A stretch of DNA of 64,000 bases from Candidatus Abzuiibacterium crystallinum. GTDB lineage: Bacteria; Omnitrophota; Omnitrophia; Omnitrophales; Abzuiibacteriaceae. Below the pieces are notes generated by a model. It did not search any database, had not been told where the DNA came from, and saw only the letters and a program-made list of their open reading frames with translations. Location: positions 2,426 through 66,425 of the forward strand of contig PCVY01000068.1 in NCBI GenBank assembly GCA_002787155.1. Reading direction: 5' to 3'. Of the stretch, positions 59,705-64,000 are shown piece after piece; the first letter of the stretch is position 1, and the number at the start of each line of letters is the position of its first letter. The translations under genes were made by a program, and so were the position numbers.

Positions 59705-60418
59705 ATGAGAAAAAAACTAACACAGAAGAAAATTATTGTCATCATTCCAGCGAGGGGCAACTCGAAAAGAGTTCGAAAGAAAAATATTAGAAAACTAGCG
59801 GGTAGACCACTAATTGCGCATAGCATTATTCAAGCGCTGCAATCACGCTTTATTGACCGCATTTTTGTATCAACCGATAATCGTGCAATTGGTTTGGTGG
59901 CAAGAAAATATGGCGCCGAAGTGATTTGGCGACCGAATAAACTGTCTGGAGATAAGGCATCGTCAGAATCGGCATTGCTGCATGTGATTGATGAACTTAA
60001 ACGGAAAGAAAACTATGTTCCTGATTATATTGTTTTTTTGCAATGCACCTCGCCCATCAGACGCCGAAATGATATCGACGCCGCCATCCGGAAATTTTTA
60101 AAATCAGGCGCCGACTCTTTGCTGTCGGTGGAAGCACATAATAAATTTATTTGGCGGCGGAATCGACAAACGGCTTTTCCGCTTAATTATGATTTCCGCC
60201 GCCGCCCGCGTGAACAGGATTTCCCGGAAGAATTCAAAGAAAATGGATCCATTTATATTTTAAAAACATCCGTTCTGACTAAAGGTAAAAATCGTTTAGG
60301 GGGTAAGATAGCCATTTATGTGATGGACCATTGGAGTTCTTTTCAAATTGACTTAAACGAAGATTTTGAACTTGTCGAATGGATTATTCGCAAGCACCGA
60401 AAGCGGTATTGGCCATAA
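59705..60418 (+). CDS. CMP-nonulosonic acid synthetase (acylneuraminate cytidylyltransferase, NeuA/LegF/PseF family)
   Basis: IIVIIPARGNSKRVRKKNIRKLAGRPLIAHSI is the CTP_transf_3 N-terminal signature. Also ...LQCTSPIRR. Confidence 0.75.
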   Translation: MRKKLTQKKIIVIIPARGNSKRVRKKNIRKLAGRPLIAHSIIQALQSRFIDRIFVSTDNRAIGLVARKYGAEVIWRPNKLSGDKASSESALLHVIDELKRKENYVPDYIVFLQCTSPIRRRNDIDAAIRKFLKSGADSLLSVEAHNKFIWRRNRQTAFPLNYDFRRRPREQDFPEEFKENGSIYILKTSVLTKGKNRLGGKIAIYVMDHWSSFQIDLNEDFELVEWIIRKHRKRYWP

Positions 60419-61258
60419 ATGAATACCATTGGGATTATTCAAGGAAGACTTACTTTGCCGCATACAGGAGAACTTCAATGTTTTCCGGCGGATCATTGGC
60501 AAAAAGAATTTGAGCTTGCAGAAAATTGCGGTTTCCATGCCATTGAATTAATTTTCGAGAAACAAAAAAATACAGGAAATCCCCTATGGACTAGTAAAGG
60601 AATTGATGAACTAAAACGCTTGTCCGATAAACATCACATTATCATCCCATCTGTTTGTGCGGATTATTTCATGTCAAACCCGCTTACCGTTAGTCGACTG
60701 GAAAGAAATTCCGACACGCTTGTGGTTTTAAGTTTTCTGCTTAAGCAATGTGAGGCTTTAAACGTTAAGAGTCTTGTTATCCCTTTTTTTGAATCCGGGG
60801 AAATCACATCTGAAACGCACATCAAATATTTGGTCCAAAATCTTGTGGCAATACAAAAAGAAATTGAATGTGCAAATGTCAAGATTGTGCTCGAAACTTC
60901 TTTGCCAGGCAAAGCCATGAAAAGTTTGATGGAGCGCTTAGAGAACGTGCCAAGCGGTATATGTTATGATACGGGTAACACAACTGCCTTTGGTCATCAA
61001 GTTGGTTCGGACATTCAACTTTTATCCTCATACATTGTCCACGTGCACATCAAGGATCGGCAAAAAAACGGTGGTCCAAATGTTTTCCTGGGAACGGGTG
61101 GTACTGATTTTAAAGATGCTTTCCGTGCATTACGTACGATCGGTTATGACGGTCCTATGATTTTAGAGACCGTACGTGGTAATGATCCGATAGCGACAGC
61201 CAAACAACATCTTCAATTTGTGCAGGATGGTATCAAGCGGCAAGCGGGTGTGGCATGA
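60419..61258 (+). CDS. sugar phosphate isomerase/epimerase (xylose-isomerase-like TIM barrel)
   Basis: AP_endonuc_2-type pattern: ...FHAIELIFE..., VLETS, HVHIKD, MILETV, with metal-binding His/Asp/Glu spacing. Confidence 0.6.
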   Translation: MNTIGIIQGRLTLPHTGELQCFPADHWQKEFELAENCGFHAIELIFEKQKNTGNPLWTSKGIDELKRLSDKHHIIIPSVCADYFMSNPLTVSRLERNSDTLVVLSFLLKQCEALNVKSLVIPFFESGEITSETHIKYLVQNLVAIQKEIECANVKIVLETSLPGKAMKSLMERLENVPSGICYDTGNTTAFGHQVGSDIQLLSSYIVHVHIKDRQKNGGPNVFLGTGGTDFKDAFRALRTIGYDGPMILETVRGNDPIATAKQHLQFVQDGIKRQAGVA

Positions 61259-62295
61259 AAATCTTGATGGTTGGTTTGGGTGGTAGCGGACAGAGATTGC
61301 TCCGTATTTTCTCCGAGAAGGTTCCGGATAAGCAATTCTACGCTTATCGCGTTAAGAGGCGGCTGTTTGCGATCAATCCTAATTTTAGTGTCAATCAATC
61401 TGAGAACATTGAACAGAAGTATCGCATCACTGTACTTAATGATTTAGATCAGGCATTAGCCGTTTGTCCAGATGTCACCGTGGTTACCAATCCGACCAGC
61501 CACCACCTTGAAACAGCTATTAAAGCAGCAAGTACTGGTTCAGATTTATTTATTGAAAAACCCATTTCGCACACCTTGGATGGTCTTGAAAAATTGGCAC
61601 AAATTGTCAAAAAAAAGCAATTGATCGTTTTCACGGGATATCAGATGCGGTTTCACCCCGCCATTCAGAAGATCCAAGCATTGGTCTCAAGCGGAAAACT
61701 AGGGCAGATCATGTTTGCCAAATTGTACGCCGGATCTTTTTTGCCCGCTTGGCATCCGTATGAATCTTATAAGGACCTATACGCCGCACGGCAAAATCTG
61801 GGCGGAGGTGTTTTGTTGACAGAAAGTCACGAGTTTGACTATGCCTATTGGTTGTTTGGCGTGCCAAAACGGATTTATGCAACAGGCGGTAATTTAGGTC
61901 CGGAGCCCCTTGAAGTGGAAGATACGGCCAGTGTCGTGCTGGAGTATTACGCAAAAACCACAGATCGTGCTTTCCACGTTCATCTGGAACTTTGCATGAT
62001 GCAAACAGTTCCATCCCGCGGATGTGAAATTCAGGGGACAAAAGGAAGTGTCATATGGCGGCAAGAAGATAATTGCCTCAAAATTTGGGATCAGGAAAGC
62101 AAGCAAACTTCCGTTCAGCAATTTGATGCATTTGAAAGAATAGAGATGTATCGTTCGGAAATCGACCATTTTTTATCTTGTGTTAAAACAAGGAAAAGTC
62201 CATTGATCAACTTGCAAGATGCCACGAATAGCCTTAAAATGGTTTTGGCAGCTAAGAATTCAATGAAAACCCATCAAGCGGTTATGCTGAAATGA
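61255..62295 (+). CDS. Gfo/Idh/MocA-family NAD(P)-dependent oxidoreductase
   Basis: N-terminal Rossmann MKILMVGLGGSGQR, EKP motif (FIEKPISHT), and C-terminal alpha/beta domain. Confidence 0.7.
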   Translation: MKILMVGLGGSGQRLLRIFSEKVPDKQFYAYRVKRRLFAINPNFSVNQSENIEQKYRITVLNDLDQALAVCPDVTVVTNPTSHHLETAIKAASTGSDLFIEKPISHTLDGLEKLAQIVKKKQLIVFTGYQMRFHPAIQKIQALVSSGKLGQIMFAKLYAGSFLPAWHPYESYKDLYAARQNLGGGVLLTESHEFDYAYWLFGVPKRIYATGGNLGPEPLEVEDTASVVLEYYAKTTDRAFHVHLELCMMQTVPSRGCEIQGTKGSVIWRQEDNCLKIWDQESKQTSVQQFDAFERIEMYRSEIDHFLSCVKTRKSPLINLQDATNSLKMVLAAKNSMKTHQAVMLK

Positions 62296-63149
62296 AGAAA
62301 AAAACATTAAGTCCTAATCACGTTCATAAAAAATTCGACCTATCAGGACAGGTTGCTATTATCACAGGCGGTGCCGGACTTTTAGGCACCCAGCACACAG
62401 AGGCTATTTTTGAAGCAGGTGGTTTTCCGGTGGTATTTGATCATAACCCGATAAATTTAAAAAAATTAACTGCTCATTTTAAGAAAAAATATCATGCAAA
62501 ATTGCTAACATTTTGCACCGATGTCACTGATGCCGCCGCAGTTATATCGGCAGTCAAGCAGACCGTGGATCGTTATAAACGGATTGATATTTTAATCAAC
62601 AACGCTTCCGTTACCGTTCAGGGCGCATCCGAAAATTTTAGTGATTATTTTGCACCTTTTGAGGATTACCGAATTGATTTGTGGGAAAAAGCGGTTAATG
62701 TCGGATTGACTGGTTTAATTGTCGTCACTCAAGCTGTCGGAAAAATTATGCTTCGACGGAAAAAAGGGGTGGTCATTAACATAGCCTCGACGGCAGGCGT
62801 GGTAGGGCCTGATCAGCGGATTTATCAAGGTATTAAAAATCAATATGGCGGCGGGGCTTTTAACACACCCATTGCATATTCGGCCATCAAATCTGCTATC
62901 ATCGGTATGACGCGCTATTTAGCAACTTATTGGGCAGAGAATAATATTCGTGTTAACGCCTTATCGCCGGGCGGTGTTTATGATAATCACGATGATAAAT
63001 TTGTTGCCAATTATTCCTACCGTGTTCCAATGGGACGAATGGCCAATCGAGATGAGTATAAATGTGCGATTGTCTACTTAGCCTCAGAGGCATCTAGCTA
63101 TATGACCGGTTCTAATTTAATAGTTGACGGTGGATGGACATGCTGGTAA
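62292..63149 (+). CDS. SDR-family oxidoreductase (short-chain dehydrogenase/reductase)
   Basis: TGGAGLLG, NNAS, catalytic YSAIKSAI (YxxxK), and PG motif (LSPGGV). Confidence 0.75.
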   Translation: MKKKTLSPNHVHKKFDLSGQVAIITGGAGLLGTQHTEAIFEAGGFPVVFDHNPINLKKLTAHFKKKYHAKLLTFCTDVTDAAAVISAVKQTVDRYKRIDILINNASVTVQGASENFSDYFAPFEDYRIDLWEKAVNVGLTGLIVVTQAVGKIMLRRKKGVVINIASTAGVVGPDQRIYQGIKNQYGGGAFNTPIAYSAIKSAIIGMTRYLATYWAENNIRVNALSPGGVYDNHDDKFVANYSYRVPMGRMANRDEYKCAIVYLASEASSYMTGSNLIVDGGWTCW

Positions 63150-63184
63150 AAATAAACAGGGTTTGCGTAAGGAGGCGATAACGA

Positions 63185-64000
63185 ATGAGGAATTCACAGG
63201 TAAAAATAGGAAACAAATGGGTAGGAGACGGTCATCCAACCTTTGTCATTGCTGAAATAGGTATTAATCACAACGGCGATATTAACCTCGCGAAAAAGCT
63301 AATTGAAGCTAGCACAGCCATCGGATGTGATGCGGTCAAATTCCAGAAGAGGACTGTTGAAGTTGTTTATTCGGCTGAAGAATTAGCCAAACCAAGGGAA
63401 AATCCATTTGGTCCCACTAATGGGGATTTAAAACGAGGTCTAGAATTTGGCAAGAAAGAATACGACATTATCAATGCTTACTGTCAAGAACGCGATATTA
63501 TGTGGTTTGCTTCTTGTTGGGATAAGCAAAGCATCGATTTTATCGATACCTACAATGTTCCATGTTATAAAATTGCCTCTGCATCATTAACGGATGATAC
63601 CCTTCTCCAGTACACCAAATCAAAAGGGAAACCGATTATTCTCTCAACCGGGATGAGCACGCTGGATCAAATCGATCATGCCGTGAGTGTTTTGGGGAAA
63701 GATAATTTAATTATTTTGCACTGCACTTCAACTTACCCGTCGAAAACTGCCGAGTTAAATTTAAATGCTGTTACCAAGCTGAAAGACCGGTACGGCGTCC
63801 CCATAGGTTACAGCGGTCATGAAACAGGTTTAGTGCCGAGTGTGATTGCTTGCGCCGAAGGGGCTTGCGTGATTGAGCGTCACATTACGTTAGATCGTGC
63901 CATGTGGGGGTCGGATCAGGCGGCCAGTGTCGAGATTCATGGGTTTGCAAGATTGGTACGCGATATACGGCTAATTCCTGAAATGATGGGCGATGGAAAT
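63185..64000 (+). CDS. nonulosonic acid synthase (NeuB/LegI/PseI family), 3' end outside window
   Basis: By-hand translation from ATG 63185: MRNSQVKIGNKWVGDGHPTFVIAEIGINHNGDINLAKKLIEASTAIGCDAVKFQKRT...HCTSTYPS...GYSGHETG. These are canonical NeuB blocks. Not in the supplied ORF track because it is truncated by the window end. Confidence 0.8.
   Translation, partial: MRNSQVKIGNKWVGDGHPTFVIAEIGINHNGDINLAKKLIEASTAIGCDAVKFQKRTVEVVYSAEELAKPRENPFGPTNGDLKRGLEFGKKEYDIINAYCQERDIMWFASCWDKQSIDFIDTYNVPCYKIASASLTDDTLLQYTKSKGKPIILSTGMSTLDQIDHAVSVLGKDNLIILHCTSTYPSKTAELNLNAVTKLKDRYGVPIGYSGHETGLVPSVIACAEGACVIERHITLDRAMWGSDQAASVEIHGFARLVRDIRLIPEMMGDGN

Noticed and set aside
1-64000. CRISPR arrays, IS elements/transposases, phage or defence-system genes
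   Set aside because: No tandem short direct repeats with unique spacers were seen. No ORF showed transposase DDE, integrase, restriction-modification or abortive-infection motifs. The long locus at 34.8-64 kb is biosynthetic, not mobile.

Overview
64-kb dense chromosomal window, roughly 42% GC, with frequent 4-14 nt gene overlaps. It comes from a diderm (Gram-negative-type) bacterium, since rpoN, lptD and hldD are present; the lineage cannot be identified from sequence alone. The window falls into three blocks.

Block 1 (1-8.3 kb) is a minus-strand capsule-like locus that uses an ABC transporter. It holds a partial GT4, a KpsS/KpsC-like Capsule_synth protein with an extra C-terminal domain, a pyruvyl transferase, a KpsT/KpsM-like ATPase/permease pair, a GT4 and an ArnC-like GT2. 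A divergent ArnT/PMT-like GT-C gene sits next to it.

Block 2 (8.4-34.7 kb) mixes a c-di-GMP and two-component signalling set with housekeeping genes. The signalling genes are an HD-GYP response regulator, a HAMP/PAS histidine kinase with an odd C-terminal extension, two CheY-like receivers, an orphan PilM-like ATPase and two tandem GAF-GGDEF cyclases. The housekeeping genes are glgC, a DsbA/MauE pair, an ODC-family decarboxylase, nadE, rsfS, argS, miaA, a DUF62 SAM hydrolase, a NUDIX hydrolase, hldD, tRNA-Thr(CGT), rpoN, accD, an orphan MalK-like ATPase, a transaldolase and lptD.

Block 3 (34.8-64 kb) is one long plus-strand surface-polysaccharide locus. It contains ugd, an rmlA-like gene, rmlB, rmlD, a TviB/TviC-like pair, UDP-xylose synthase, at least 8 glycosyltransferases, a deacetylase-like gene, 3 methyltransferases, a Wzx flippase and an embedded CPA1 antiporter. 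It ends in a nonulosonic-acid module (NeuA-like through NeuB-like) that runs off the window.

No transposase, integrase, CRISPR array or recognisable defence system was seen. The most notable non-genic signals are a near-consensus sigma70 promoter that fires directly into an intrinsic terminator hairpin just upstream of accD, and a decayed duplicate of a methyltransferase 3' end (plus a signal-peptide-like sORF) in an AT-rich junction at 55.5-55.9 kb. All functional calls are motif- and architecture-based readings of the translations; no database search was possible.
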